From Candidatus Marinacidobacterales bacterium (GTDB lineage: Bacteria > Acidobacteriota > Vicinamibacteria > Marinacidobacterales > DATDRI01), in the NCBI GenBank assembly GCA_965219415.1, contig CBDCNP010000002.1:4608001-4672000 (forward strand): DNA of 64,000 nt, in the 5' to 3' direction. This document shows, in pieces, positions 31,515 through 42,600 of this stretch. The notes under the pieces are model-generated. The model saw only the letters and a program-made list of their open reading frames with translations, was not told where the DNA came from and made no database searches. The translations under genes were made by a program, and so were the position numbers. Within the stretch, counting starts at the first letter, position 1, and the number at the start of each line of letters is the position of its first letter.

Positions 31515-31960
31515 TCGCCTGACTGACCTAGCTTCTAGCGGCGGACAAAGCGTTCTTTCTCCAGCACATTATTGCGTCGGTGGCCCGACGGCTACAGAGT
31601 GCAGAACTTCCACCGAGGCGAAGACGAGTTTGCAGGACCTCAACTCCCATGTCTGTCCTGCTCGTCAATACGCGATCTTCTTTTTTACGGATCACAGAGG
31701 GCTGGAAACGGACTTACGGTGCGGCTAGTGAGGCACTCCCACAGGAAACGGGGAGAAACAGATAGGCCGCGCCTACGGAGCACCGCGCCAGCCCTCGACC
31801 CTGACGGTCTTTGTCAGCCCAGAGGTTGTTTCGAAACAGATGTTTAGGTTGAACTTCTCCTTTAGGATCTCCTCAAGCTCAGCCAAGAGTTTTTGCGGAT
31901 AAGCAGCCACTGGCATTACGACGTCCGTCTTGATCAAAATACTCTCGGCAGTTTCCTATC
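31515..31960 (-). pseudogene. degraded paralogue of the C-terminal domain of the M56 protein at 51596-54229
   Basis: DNA similarity of ~31820-31890 to ~51961-52035 (LLAELEEILKEKFNL vs LLAELGDILKEKFDL). Confidence 0.65.
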
Positions 31961-32232
31961 GGGTCGTTCATTAGGCGGCGGTTGCAGACACGCGCTGAAA
32001 CAAACCGTCCGGGAATCGGGGTCAATAGAGCTCAGTCCGGGCGCTTTCCTCCTCGCCGGCGTCGATCTCGGCAGCGTCAGCCTCAGCGATCTGGTCCGCC
32101 AGTACCTGTCCATAAGTCGGGAAGCAGGAGCGTTCGGCTTGCGAGTCCGGCTCCCAGAGCCGCCCTCTGTGCCAACATCCTTGAGACAATCCGCTCCTTG
32201 AAATTAGTGTCGAGGGCGGAGGAGGATCATAG

Positions 32233-32645
32233 ATGAGTACGTTGATTGAGAGAATGACGTCGGCGGGGTCGGAAGGAGCCCGTAGGGCGACTGGAGATCT
32301 CGCCGACGGTGGTGCTGCGGCGGGGGTCCGCGATCCCGAAGTGAGTGAGAAAGCGAAGCGCCGACGTTTCAGCGCTGAATACAAGCTGCGGATCGTTCGC
32401 GAGGCGGACGCCTGCAAGGGTGACGGTGATGTGGCGGCGCTTCTACGTCGCGAGGGATTGTACTCGTCGCATCTATCGAGTTGGCGTCGGCAACGGGACG
32501 AGATCGCCAAGGCGGGATTGACGTCGAGAAAGCGAGGTCGGAAGGCGAAGGCAGAGGCTCCACGGATCAAGGAGCTCGAGCGCGAGAACGCCCGACTCCA
32601 GCGCCGGCTGGCTCGGGTGGAAACGATGCTAGAGATCCAAAAAAA
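32233..32645 (+). pseudogene. IS3-like OrfA, interrupted at its A-tract
   Basis: RRRFSAEYKLRIV...LLRREGLYSSHLSSWRRQ...LEIQK; resumes at 35864. Confidence 0.8.
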
Positions 32646-32873
32646 CCTTCGAGCGCGGGCGCGCCTCCTGTTGAACCAGAAACTCCCTGACGGCTACCCT
32701 CTTGGCTACTCGAGAGGAGAGGCCGTCCGCTTACTGGTGATTTCGATCCCGTAAAAAAACATGGTCCGGGGGTGGCTGCGGACTTGACAGTGGTGGCGCC
32801 ATTTGGCGATCCCGTTTAGGAAAATGATGAACTTCCGCCCATCCCTCCTTTCGGGTTTAATCCGGAAGGAGGA

Positions 32874-34250
32874 ATGATGACAAGAAGGAAGCGCCGGAAG
32901 TCGTCCAGACGATCCATTACGTCCATCCACGTTAACGCCGCAGGAATCGACATCGGAGCGACATTCCATGTGGTTGCGGTCCCACCGGAGCGGGTCGAGA
33001 TGTCCGTGCGGACGTTTCGAAGCTTCACGGGCGACCTACACCAGTTGGCCGACTGGCTCGCAGAGGTCGGGATCACCACCATCGCTATGGAATCGACAGG
33101 AGTGTACTGGATTCCAGCCTTCGAGATCTTGGAAGCGCGCGGGTTCGAGGTGCTCCTGGTCAACGCACGTGACGTCAAGAATGTCCCAGGGCGGAAGACC
33201 GACGTCAACGATGCTCAGTGGCTACAGCAGCTGCACGAGCATGGTCTTCTTCGCGGCAGCTTCCGGCCTCGTGGTCAGTTGGTTCGGCTCCGGGCACTTC
33301 TTCGCCACCGTGAACGCCTCATCAACCAGGCAGCGACGCACATCCAGCGGATGCAGAAAGCCCTTATGCAGATGAACGTCCAGCTTCAGCACGTAGTGAC
33401 TGATATTACAGGTGTCACGGGCATGAAGATCATTCGCGCTATAGTCGGCGGTGTTCACGAGCCCGACGTGCTTGCCCAGTACCGTGACGTCCGATGCAAG
33501 CAATCTGTCGAAACGATCCGCGAGGCTCTGACAGGTAACTACCGGCTCGAACACCTCTTCGCGCTACGCCATGAGCTCCAACTCTATGACTTCGTTCAAG
33601 CGAGGGTCACCGAATGCGACGTGGAGGTCGAAGCCGCTATAGGCGAGCTGAACCACGATCGAACTGCGCCCGACGAGCCGATTCCACGTGTCCGACATGC
33701 GAGCGGGAAGAACGAACCGAAGTTCGATGTACGGGGAGCTCTGTATACCCTCTTGGGTGCCGATTTGAGCCAGATCCATGGATTGGGTCCGTACACGGTT
33801 CTGCGACTCGTCGCCGAATGCGGTGACGACATGCGGAAATGGCCGACCGCCAAACACTTCACGTCGTGGCTGACCCTAGCACCCGGCAACAAGATCTCGG
33901 GCGGCCGCGTGCTGAGTTCGAAGTCGCGTCGGTCCTCGAATCGCGCCGCCGCGCTCTTTCGTATCGCTGCGGTGAACGTTGGGCGAACGCAGACCGCCCT
34001 TGGTGCATTCTACCGTCGAGTGGGCGCACGAGTCGGCAAGGCGAAGGCAGTGACCGCGACAGCGAGAAAGTTAGCAGTGCTGTTCTACAACGCCGTTCGC
34101 TTCGGACTCGCCTATGTCGATCCTGGCACCGACTACTACGAGAGACATTATCAGGAGAGGGTCCTCCACAACCTCCAGCGTCGCGCTCGTCAATTAGGCT
34201 ACACGTTGGTAGAGGCGGCTGCATCGAGTCCGCACACCGGAGTTTCTTAG
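32874..34250 (+). CDS. IS110-family DEDD recombinase (copy 1)
   Basis: AGIDIG, AMESTGVYW, KTDVNDA, ISGG, ARKLA. Confidence 0.95.
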   Translation: MMTRRKRRKSSRRSITSIHVNAAGIDIGATFHVVAVPPERVEMSVRTFRSFTGDLHQLADWLAEVGITTIAMESTGVYWIPAFEILEARGFEVLLVNARDVKNVPGRKTDVNDAQWLQQLHEHGLLRGSFRPRGQLVRLRALLRHRERLINQAATHIQRMQKALMQMNVQLQHVVTDITGVTGMKIIRAIVGGVHEPDVLAQYRDVRCKQSVETIREALTGNYRLEHLFALRHELQLYDFVQARVTECDVEVEAAIGELNHDRTAPDEPIPRVRHASGKNEPKFDVRGALYTLLGADLSQIHGLGPYTVLRLVAECGDDMRKWPTAKHFTSWLTLAPGNKISGGRVLSSKSRRSSNRAAALFRIAAVNVGRTQTALGAFYRRVGARVGKAKAVTATARKLAVLFYNAVRFGLAYVDPGTDYYERHYQERVLHNLQRRARQLGYTLVEAAASSPHTGVS

Positions 34251-34482
34251 GAAACCTTCGAGCGCGGGCGCGCCTCCTGTTGAACCAGAAACTCCCTGAC
34301 GGCTACCCTCTTGGCTACTCGAGAGGAGAGGCCGTCCGCTTACTGGTGATTTCGATCCCGTAAAAAAACATGGTCCGGGGGTGGCTGCGGACTTGACAGT
34401 GGTGGCGCCATTTGGCGATCCCGTTTAGGAAAATGATGAACTTCCGCCCATCCCTCCTTTCGGGTTTAATCCGGAAGGAGGA

Positions 34483-35859
34483 ATGATGACAAGAAGGAAG
34501 CGCCGGAAGTCGTCCAGACGATCCATTACGTCCATCCACGTTAACGCCGCAGGAATCGACATCGGAGCGACATTCCATGTGGTTGCGGTCCCACCGGAGC
34601 GGGTCGAGATGTCCGTGCGGACGTTTCGAAGCTTCACGGGCGACCTACACCAGTTGGCCGACTGGCTCGCAGAGGTCGGGATCACCACCATCGCTATGGA
34701 ATCGACAGGAGTGTACTGGATTCCAGCCTTCGAGATCTTGGAAGCGCGCGGGTTCGAGGTGCTCCTGGTCAACGCACGTGACGTCAAGAATGTCCCAGGG
34801 CGGAAGACCGACGTCAACGATGCTCAGTGGCTACAGCAGCTGCACGAGCATGGTCTTCTTCGCGGCAGCTTCCGGCCTCGTGGTCAGTTGGTTCGGCTCC
34901 GGGCACTTCTTCGCCACCGTGAACGCCTCATCAACCAGGCAGCGACGCACATCCAGCGGATGCAGAAAGCCCTTATGCAGATGAACGTCCAGCTTCAGCA
35001 CGTAGTGACTGATATTACAGGTGTCACGGGCATGAAGATCATTCGCGCTATAGTCGGCGGTGTTCACGAGCCCGACGTGCTTGCCCAGTACCGTGACGTC
35101 CGATGCAAGCAATCTGTCGAAACGATCCGCGAGGCTCTGACAGGTAACTACCGGCTCGAACACCTCTTCGCGCTACGCCATGAGCTCCAACTCTATGACT
35201 TCGTTCAAGCGAGGGTCACCGAATGCGACGTGGAGGTCGAAGCCGCTATAGGCGAGCTGAACCACGATCGAACTGCGCCCGACGAGCCGATTCCACGTGT
35301 CCGACATGCGAGCGGGAAGAACGAACCGAAGTTCGATGTACGGGGAGCTCTGTATACCCTCTTGGGTGCCGATTTGAGCCAGATCCATGGATTGGGTCCG
35401 TACACGGTTCTGCGACTCGTCGCCGAATGCGGTGACGACATGCGGAAATGGCCGACCGCCAAACACTTCACGTCGTGGCTGACCCTAGCACCCGGCAACA
35501 AGATCTCGGGCGGCCGCGTGCTGAGTTCGAAGTCGCGTCGGTCCTCGAATCGCGCCGCCGCGCTCTTTCGTATCGCTGCGGTGAACGTTGGGCGAACGCA
35601 GACCGCCCTTGGTGCATTCTACCGTCGAGTGGGCGCACGAGTCGGCAAGGCGAAGGCAGTGACCGCGACAGCGAGAAAGTTAGCAGTGCTGTTCTACAAC
35701 GCCGTTCGCTTCGGACTCGCCTATGTCGATCCTGGCACCGACTACTACGAGAGACATTATCAGGAGAGGGTCCTCCACAACCTCCAGCGTCGCGCTCGTC
35801 AATTAGGCTACACGTTGGTAGAGGCGGCTGCATCGAGTCCGCACACCGGAGTTTCTTAG
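34483..35859 (+). CDS. IS110-family DEDD recombinase (copy 2)
   Basis: Translation identical to copy 1. Confidence 0.95.
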   Translation: MMTRRKRRKSSRRSITSIHVNAAGIDIGATFHVVAVPPERVEMSVRTFRSFTGDLHQLADWLAEVGITTIAMESTGVYWIPAFEILEARGFEVLLVNARDVKNVPGRKTDVNDAQWLQQLHEHGLLRGSFRPRGQLVRLRALLRHRERLINQAATHIQRMQKALMQMNVQLQHVVTDITGVTGMKIIRAIVGGVHEPDVLAQYRDVRCKQSVETIREALTGNYRLEHLFALRHELQLYDFVQARVTECDVEVEAAIGELNHDRTAPDEPIPRVRHASGKNEPKFDVRGALYTLLGADLSQIHGLGPYTVLRLVAECGDDMRKWPTAKHFTSWLTLAPGNKISGGRVLSSKSRRSSNRAAALFRIAAVNVGRTQTALGAFYRRVGARVGKAKAVTATARKLAVLFYNAVRFGLAYVDPGTDYYERHYQERVLHNLQRRARQLGYTLVEAAASSPHTGVS

Positions 35860-35916
35860 GAAAGCCTCCGAGCTCCTGGGGATCCCCCTGAACCCGATCG
35901 ACGACGACGAGAACGA

Positions 35917-37056
35917 TTGATCGTGGCGGCCGAGGAGCTGGCGGGCCGGATTGGACAAACGGCGGAAGCTTGCGAGGCGCTGGGCGTGTCTCGTTCGACG
36001 TTGTATCGTCGACGCCGACCGGTGACGTCCAAGCCGAAGCGCCGTCCTCGGCCGCAGCGAGCCCTCGACACGACCGAGCGCGAGAGGGTCCTCAGTGCAT
36101 TGCATTGCGAACGGTTCGTCGACAAGGCGCCGGCCCAGGTGTGGGCCACGCTTCTGGACGAGGGAATCTACCACTGTTCGATCCGCACGATGTACCGGAT
36201 TCTGTCGGAGCACGGAGAGGTGCGTGAGCGCCGGAACCAGCTGCGGCATCCGAACTATCAGAAGCCGGAGCTCGTGGCGGAAGCGCCGAACCAGGTTTGG
36301 TCGTGGGACATAACGAAGCTGCGCGGCCCGGTCAAGTGGACCTACTTTTACCTCTACGTGATTCTCGACATCTTCTCCCGGTACGTGACCGGGTGGATGT
36401 TGGCTCGGCGAGAAAGCGCCGAGCTCGCCCGTCGTCTCATCAGCGAGAGCTGCCTCAAGCAGAACATCGAAGCCGACCAGCTCACCATCCACGCAGACCG
36501 CGGCAGCTCGATGCGAAGCAAGTCCGTCGCTTTACTCCTGGCTGACCTCGGCATAACCAAGACGCACTCGCGGCCGTACGTCTCGAACGATAATCCCTAC
36601 TCCGAGTCCCAGTTCAAGACGATGAAGTATTGCCCTGAATTCCCAAGCCGCTTTGGCTGTCTGGAAGACGGCCGCCTGTTCTGCGGCGGTTTCTTCGACT
36701 ACTACAACAACGCGCACCGGCACTCGGGACTGGGGCTCATGACGCCGTCCGCCGTTCACTACGGTCGCGCCGACGAGCTCAACGCCGCCCGGCGCCAGGT
36801 CCTTCTCGAAGCTCATCGGGTTCACCCCGAGCGCTTCGTGCACGGAACACCTCAACCTCCGGTTTTGCCTCGTCAGGTCTGGATCAACTCGCCGCCCGAG
36901 AAAACGACGCCACAGGAGGCCCTAGGAGCCACTTTCTCGGGGCGCCCCATACCTGAGCTACCCCCGGATTCAAGCTATCCGGACGCGATCGCGTCGGAAC
37001 CCAATCGCGACCGCACCGCGCTCACGCCCCGTCCTTCACTGATCGAGGCTCACTAA
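35917..37056 (+). CDS. IS3-like OrfB DDE transposase
   Basis: WSWDITKL, IHADRG, NPYSESQFKT. Confidence 0.9.
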   Translation: MIVAAEELAGRIGQTAEACEALGVSRSTLYRRRRPVTSKPKRRPRPQRALDTTERERVLSALHCERFVDKAPAQVWATLLDEGIYHCSIRTMYRILSEHGEVRERRNQLRHPNYQKPELVAEAPNQVWSWDITKLRGPVKWTYFYLYVILDIFSRYVTGWMLARRESAELARRLISESCLKQNIEADQLTIHADRGSSMRSKSVALLLADLGITKTHSRPYVSNDNPYSESQFKTMKYCPEFPSRFGCLEDGRLFCGGFFDYYNNAHRHSGLGLMTPSAVHYGRADELNAARRQVLLEAHRVHPERFVHGTPQPPVLPRQVWINSPPEKTTPQEALGATFSGRPIPELPPDSSYPDAIASEPNRDRTALTPRPSLIEAH

Positions 37057-37117
37057 ATGCAGCCTACGGGTGTCTCTGAAGTGACCCCGCTTTCGTGGAC
37101 AGGTTAAGAGTTAGGGA

Positions 37118-37969
37118 TCAAGCGTCGCGATAGTACCTCCTTTCGAATTGGATAGGCGAGCAATAGTCGATGGCGGAGTGTCGTCGTCGCGGGTTGTACC
37201 AGCCTTCGATGAAATCGAAGGTCGCCATGCGCGCCTCAGCGTGGTAGCGAAACGACCGGCGCTCGATCAGCTCGCACTCGAGCGTCGCGAAGAAGCTCTC
37301 GCACATCGCATTGTCGTAACAGTCCCCGACTGAACCCATCGACGGTCGCACCCCGGCCTCCCGGCATCGCTGGCCGAACGCTAGTGACGTGTACTGCGTG
37401 CCCTGGTCCGAGTGATGGATGACGTCGCCGGGCTTGCGTTGGAACAGCGCCATGTCGAGGGCGCTCAAGACGAGCGACGTCCGCAGGTGGGTAGCCATTG
37501 CCCATCCGACGATGCGTCGGCTGAAGGCGTCCAGCACGACGGCGAGGAACAAGAAGCCCGACCACGTGGGCACGTAGGTGATATCGGCGACCCACAGGCG
37601 GTCGGGCCGGTCCACCTCGAAATTCCTGTCGACGAGATCGGGGGCGGGACGGGCGTCGTCACAGCGAATCGTAGTGTGCGCCCTCTTGCGCCGGTGAACA
37701 CCTTGAATGCCAGCCTCGCGCATTAGCCGCGCTACACGCTTGCGTGAGACGTGGAGCTCGTGTGTCTCTCGTAGCTCGTGGAGAATCCTCGGCGCGCCGT
37801 ACGTGCTCCGCGACGCGGTGTGAATCGCCCGGATCTTCTCAAGCAACTCCGCATCCGACACCGCGCGGGCCGACGGGGCACGCTCAAGCCACGCATAGTA
37901 GCCGCTGGCGGAGACGTCCAGCAGTCGGCACATCGTGGCAACCGGTAGTGAATCCTGGTTCGCCCTCAC
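37118..37969 (-). CDS. IS3 OrfB transposase
   Basis: WVADITY, HHSDQGTQY, NAMCESFF. Confidence 0.92.
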   Translation of the reverse strand: MRANQDSLPVATMCRLLDVSASGYYAWLERAPSARAVSDAELLEKIRAIHTASRSTYGAPRILHELRETHELHVSRKRVARLMREAGIQGVHRRKRAHTTIRCDDARPAPDLVDRNFEVDRPDRLWVADITYVPTWSGFLFLAVVLDAFSRRIVGWAMATHLRTSLVLSALDMALFQRKPGDVIHHSDQGTQYTSLAFGQRCREAGVRPSMGSVGDCYDNAMCESFFATLECELIERRSFRYHAEARMATFDFIEGWYNPRRRHSAIDYCSPIQFERRYYRDA

Positions 37970-38280
37970 GAATCGGAAGGCTTCGGTGGTACCGACTCGG
38001 TCTCCCGAGCGAACCAGGCCGCGGCTTTTGAGAGGATCTCCCGCTCCAACCGTAGTTGACGGTTCTCCCGTCGCAGGCGGCGGAGCTCCGCACGCTCCTC
38101 ACTCGTCAGACCGTCCTGCCTGCGACCCTCGTCGAGATCCGCCTGGTTCACCCAGTTCCGGATCGTCTGGCCCGAGGGCTCAAACTCTCGCGCCAGCTCT
38201 TCGGAGCCGCGGCCAGCTCGCACCAGCTCTACCATTTGGCGCCGGAATTCGGCCGCGTATCTGTTTCCCTGCTTTGACAT
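37966..38280 (-). CDS. IS3 OrfA
   Basis: HTH followed by ELRRLRRENRQL...ILSKAAAWFA. Confidence 0.9.
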   Translation of the reverse strand: MSKQGNRYAAEFRRQMVELVRAGRGSEELAREFEPSGQTIRNWVNQADLDEGRRQDGLTSEERAELRRLRRENRQLRLEREILSKAAAWFARETESVPPKPSDS

Positions 38281-38578
38281 CGTGGACTCCTGTCTCCCAA
38301 AGGATTAGGTGTCCACGAAAGCGGGTCAAGTCCACTCAAAGTCGTTGACACGTTCCGCCGGTCGCAAACACAGACACTAAGCTGCTGATTTATGGCCTAT
38401 TTCAAAAGGGCTGAGTTTTGGCACAGGACGGGCTAAAATCCTCGGTCATGAGCACACGGTCTGCTTAACTTGACGATACTTTGTGGAGGCTAGACTCCGA
38501 GAGCGAGCCCCGTATGCCGAGTTCCTCGTCCTGCATCGTCATGTCATTAGACGAAGCCAACTTCCGACAACGTCCCCC

Positions 38579-38845
38579 TTACGAAGAGCCACCCTTGGCC
38601 CGATTCAAGAACTCCTGCATCAGATCGATCGGCAGTGGGAATACGAGCGTCGAGTTCTTTTCGGTTGCGATCTCGGTAAGAGTCTGTAGATAGCGTAGCT
38701 GGATCCCCATCGGGTGTTGCCCGACGACCTTCGCCGCAGCCGCCAACTTATCCGAGGCTTCGAACTCACCGCCGGCGTGGATGATCTTGGCTCGCTTCTC
38801 CCGTTCCGCCTCCGCCTGCTTGGCCAGCGCACGCGTCATTTCGGC
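38579..38845 (-). pseudogene. C-terminal fragment of SPFH/slipin (stomatin-like) gene
   Basis: [16 protein letters not shown]...[19 protein letters not shown]. Confidence 0.8.
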
Positions 38846-39115
38846 CGGATGGGCTCCCGGATCGCGTGGAGGGAAGAATTGAGAGTCTGATTCAAAGCCG
38901 CATGCGCAGCCGGGAGCATGACATCGGTCGGTAGTTCTCACGCCATGCTAGCAGCATGAAGGTAAAAACATGGACTGTCTCTACTTCGGCGACAACCTCG
39001 AGGTCACGTTCACCACCGGACCGCGCGCTGCTCAAAACACCCAGGACCCGACTGCGCGACCGCGCAGTCTCGCGCTGGCTGGCGAGACTATTTAGCCATA
39101 ACTATAATTGTAGGT

Positions 39116-40315
39116 ATGCCAAGAAACGAGCGCGTATTGATTGTGTTAGTCGCTTCCCCATCTGACCTCGAAGAGGAGCGGAACAGCCTTGAGGATGTGA
39201 TCAGGGAGCTAAACCATACCTGGAGTCGAACGTTCGGTCTCAGATTAGAACTCGTGAAATGGGAGACCCACGGCTACCCTGGATTTGGCAGCGATCCGCA
39301 GGATGTCTTGAACCAAGAGCTACCAGACGACCCCGACATCTTCATCGGTCTCATGTGGGGGCGCTTCGGCACGCCGACTCAACGTGCAGGTTCAGGAACC
39401 GAAGAGGAATTCAAACGAGCGGTTGAGCGCTATAACCGGGATCCACAGAGCATGAAGATCATGTTCTACTTCAAGGATGCCCCAATAGCTCCGAGCGCCA
39501 TCGATCCAGATCAACTCCGCCGTGTGAAAGACTTCAAGGCTTCTATTGGTTCAGAAGGCACCTTGTTCTGGACATTCACGGAAGTTGAAGATTTTGAACG
39601 GCTTCTCCGGATCCACTTGGCGAGGCAAATACAGGAATATCACACGACGGATCCACCCCAGCAAATCGCTTCTTCTGGTCGACCGGATGAGGCCAAAAAG
39701 TCCAAAGGTGAAGCGGATGAGCTTGGTCTGCTCGACTTCATGGATATCGTTGAAGAGCAGTTCGGATCCCTCCGTGAAATCGCGACGACAATCGCACAGG
39801 AGACCCAATCTCTCGGGCAAAGTATGACAGCACGCACACATGAGATTAGTGAGGCTACTGCTAAAGCACACGGCCAACTTGGGCGGCGTGAAGCACGGGT
39901 ATTAATCGAGCGAGCGGCTGACGACATGAACGGCTATGTGGAAGCAATGGAACACCAGATCCCATCCTTTCGGGCGGCTTTGGAAAAAGGAGCCGAAGCA
40001 GCCGGACGGGTGGCGTTATTCAGCGTCGGCATGATGGATTCGTCGGGCGGAAAACAGGTTCGTGAGACTCGTGACAATCTGATCACGCTTTGCGACCACA
40101 TTACCAGTGCCTTCGATGCTACGGAATCATTCAAAGCGACTATAGATGATCTTCCACGCATGACATCGGTTATGAACAGGGCGAAGAGAAGGACGGCGGA
40201 GGTTCTTGCTGACGTGCTAGACAGCTTGGCTAATGGTCTGCGAATTCTGAGAGAGACGGTTAAGGCACTCGATACCATCTTGGGTGAAGATCAGCCTCCA
40301 CGCCTTCCTAGCTGA
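39116..40315 (+). CDS. DUF4062 (TIR/NDT-like) domain protein with helical C-terminus
   Basis: VASPSDLEEER, DIFIGLMWGRFGTPT, SGTEEEF. Confidence 0.8.
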   Translation: MPRNERVLIVLVASPSDLEEERNSLEDVIRELNHTWSRTFGLRLELVKWETHGYPGFGSDPQDVLNQELPDDPDIFIGLMWGRFGTPTQRAGSGTEEEFKRAVERYNRDPQSMKIMFYFKDAPIAPSAIDPDQLRRVKDFKASIGSEGTLFWTFTEVEDFERLLRIHLARQIQEYHTTDPPQQIASSGRPDEAKKSKGEADELGLLDFMDIVEEQFGSLREIATTIAQETQSLGQSMTARTHEISEATAKAHGQLGRREARVLIERAADDMNGYVEAMEHQIPSFRAALEKGAEAAGRVALFSVGMMDSSGGKQVRETRDNLITLCDHITSAFDATESFKATIDDLPRMTSVMNRAKRRTAEVLADVLDSLANGLRILRETVKALDTILGEDQPPRLPS

Positions 40316-40559
40316 AATTCATACTGAAAACCGATGCGTCGTGGCTCGAAGCTGATGACCGTTACCCGGAGGCGGAGCGCAGCGCAGCAACGGCTGCGGC
40401 AGTGGCTTCCGCGACGGCGTCGTCGAACTCGCCACGAGCGTGCGTGCGTTCGGGCGCGCAAGCTTGACGGAACGGATGCTCTGGAGGAGAGTTCTGCTCG
40501 GGCTCGCCTATCGCAGACCCAGTGCCGCTCGCGGACGAGATGGGTACCAGCAGAAACGG

Positions 40560-40725
40560 GGTGCTTCCGCTGTTTACTGTTGGTGATATGTACGCATCCC
40601 TTTGCAAAAGAGGCACTTACGTTCCATTTAGCGCGCGGGGAAGGTCACAAGCGCTATTTTGACTGTAACTTAATGCACTGTAAAGTCTTAGCGTCATCTC
40701 ACCAACACTTGATGGCGGAAGCACC
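40560..40725. mobile_element. ~165 bp IS1-derived MITE (copy 3)
   Basis: Similar to 790-955 and 2126-2291. Confidence 0.85.
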
Positions 40726-40904
40726 CCATCGATACGAGTGGCGAGAGGCAGCCTGAGTCAGCTTGGTCGCTCGCGTTACTCGGCTGGTCGCCGAGAAGTT
40801 CGTCCTCAGCACCTTCCCTCGCGCGCTGACCACGCTCTCCAGCATGTGCTCAAGGGCGGTCCGGGCCCTAGAGTCCAGTCCCGGATTAATAATGATGATG
40901 GACA

Positions 40905-41271
40905 GCTGGTCGGGGATCGCGAACCACGAGACCACGAGTTCACGGTTCAAGTGCGCGCGATGGATGCCGACAAGAGCGGGTCCGGTCTAGGTCTGCCGGT
41001 GCTTGCCGCCCTGACCGGCGCCATCCTGGAGCGGAATACGGAAGGAGGGCTAATAGTGGTCGGCGCCCTCAACCTCGGTGGTTCCGTGGAACTCATTCCG
41101 AACGCAGTTGCCGTGGCGGAGACCGCTATCGAGAAGCAAGCAACAACCCTGCTGATGCCGGTCGCCGCCCGTCGCCAGTTGTTCGACCTTCCCGACGAGC
41201 TCGCCACCAAGATTAATATCGAGTTCTACGGTGACGCAGAGGACGCCGTGTTCAAGGCGATGATGGAATAG
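40905..41271 (+). pseudogene. brxL: C-terminal fragment of BREX Lon-like protease BrxL
   Basis: HEFTVQVRAMD...LNLGGSVE...LLMPVAARRQLFDLPDEL...FY.DAEDAVFKA; starts at an IS end. Confidence 0.8.
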
Positions 41272-41679
41272 GCATTCTTACGCGTGGGCTGCCTGTGCCT
41301 TCTATTTATTTCATCCGCGCGCACCGAACTTGACTAGTCTCCAGTCTGTCGGCGGCATGCCTACATGATTTCGTCGTTGGTTCGCGCTCTCATCTCTGCC
41401 TTCAAGGTTCGTCGCGAGCTGGCTCTCGAGAATGTCGCTCTTCGGCGGTAGCTCGCCGTCCTTCGCCGCTCGGTGAAACGGCCGCGGCTCTCGAATGTCG
41501 ACCGCGAGTTTTGGGTGCGGTGGCGCTCGCCCCGATGGAGACTAGGATCTCCACCTTTGCCCCGCAAAAAGTCGATCCAGCGTTGATTGCGCGTTTTAGA
41601 CCTGCCATGGTCGGCTGCTTCTGGCCAGAAGGTGAAGTTGCGGTCCGGCGACTCGGGTTCCCCGTTCGCGCAGGGAAAC

Positions 41680-42600
41680 ACCGTCCAGAAACGGGATGCC
41701 ACGCTCCCTGGACGAAGACCTGGATCCGGTCCTGGGCAAAGATGGACATAAAGGAGGCCCGGGCCGCATCTGGACCAGAACGTGCTAGCCCACTACGCCG
41801 TAGTAGCCTCGGCCTCGATTCTGGGCCTCTCGGGCGAGCCCTTGTCCGCTGCCGCGTGGCCCGGTCAGCGCCTACTCCCTTATTTGGCGCAAACTTGGCA
41901 CTCGGAAATCGAGATTAGAGACGAAATCCGAAAATGAGGCCTTTTCAGCCCTTCTAGCGCGTCTCTGGTGCCACCTGATCCTGCAAAACCCCGCAAACCG
42001 CGCGGAAAATCTCATCCGTCTCTGCAGTGCCACAATTGGCCAGACTGGGTGGCGGATGGTGCAGTTCGGAGCTATCCGGTCTCGGTAAAAGGTATTTATA
42101 GAGTTTATAGAGTGTTACGTCGCGCTTTCGCCGCGCGCGTGGTGGGGCAATGTAGCGAAAACTCAGAGAAGCCCTGGTGCCCACGTCGTTCTATCCTATT
42201 GTCCTGCAGTGATTTAAAGCCATCCTTCACGTGCTGATCCCCGCACGCCTCATCGACGGATGGTCGTTCGAGCTTATTTGCGAAATGACATTTAATTAGA
42301 TTTTCTAGACGGCAATCTCAACCTCCTTGACGCCCGTAAGAGGGCCGTGTTGTAAACCCTCCGACGGAGGCTCCGCTCGTAAATCATTGTAGTGAAAAGC
42401 TCTTACGCCTCATCGATGGACGCGTCGTTGACGGGAACACCTTTCCGACTATCGCAGTCGTAAGGCTCAAGTGGGGGCAAGTGGAGCTATTCGGCTCTTG
42501 GCAGCAAACAAGCAGTAACGGTGCAAAACAGGTCATAAAAATGCAATTGGAGGGCATTTCGGAGCTGCATCGAGCGCTAATCGCTCAGTTAATGAGAAAA
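41680..42600 (+). repeat. long non-coding dispersed repeat, copy B
   Basis: Highly similar to 17029-17893. Confidence 0.85.

Larger units (their letters stand above)
32646..35863 (+). mobile_element. two head-to-tail 1609-bp IS110 elements
   Basis: Units 32646-34254 and 34255-35863 appear identical; ~230 bp 5' non-coding end, no TIRs. Confidence 0.9.
37077..38334 (-). mobile_element. complete IS3-family element with 3-bp TSD (CTC)
   Basis: TG...CA TIRs; CTC at 37074-37076 and 38335-38337; orfA 37966-38280 and orfB 37118-37969. Confidence 0.92.
32168..38352 (+). mobile_element. IS3-like element interrupted by an IS110 dimer and by a second IS3 element
   Basis: TIRs TGTGCCAACATCCTTGAGACA / TGTCTC..AAAGTCGTTGACACG; orfA 32233-32645 and orfB 35917-37056. 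Confidence 0.8.
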
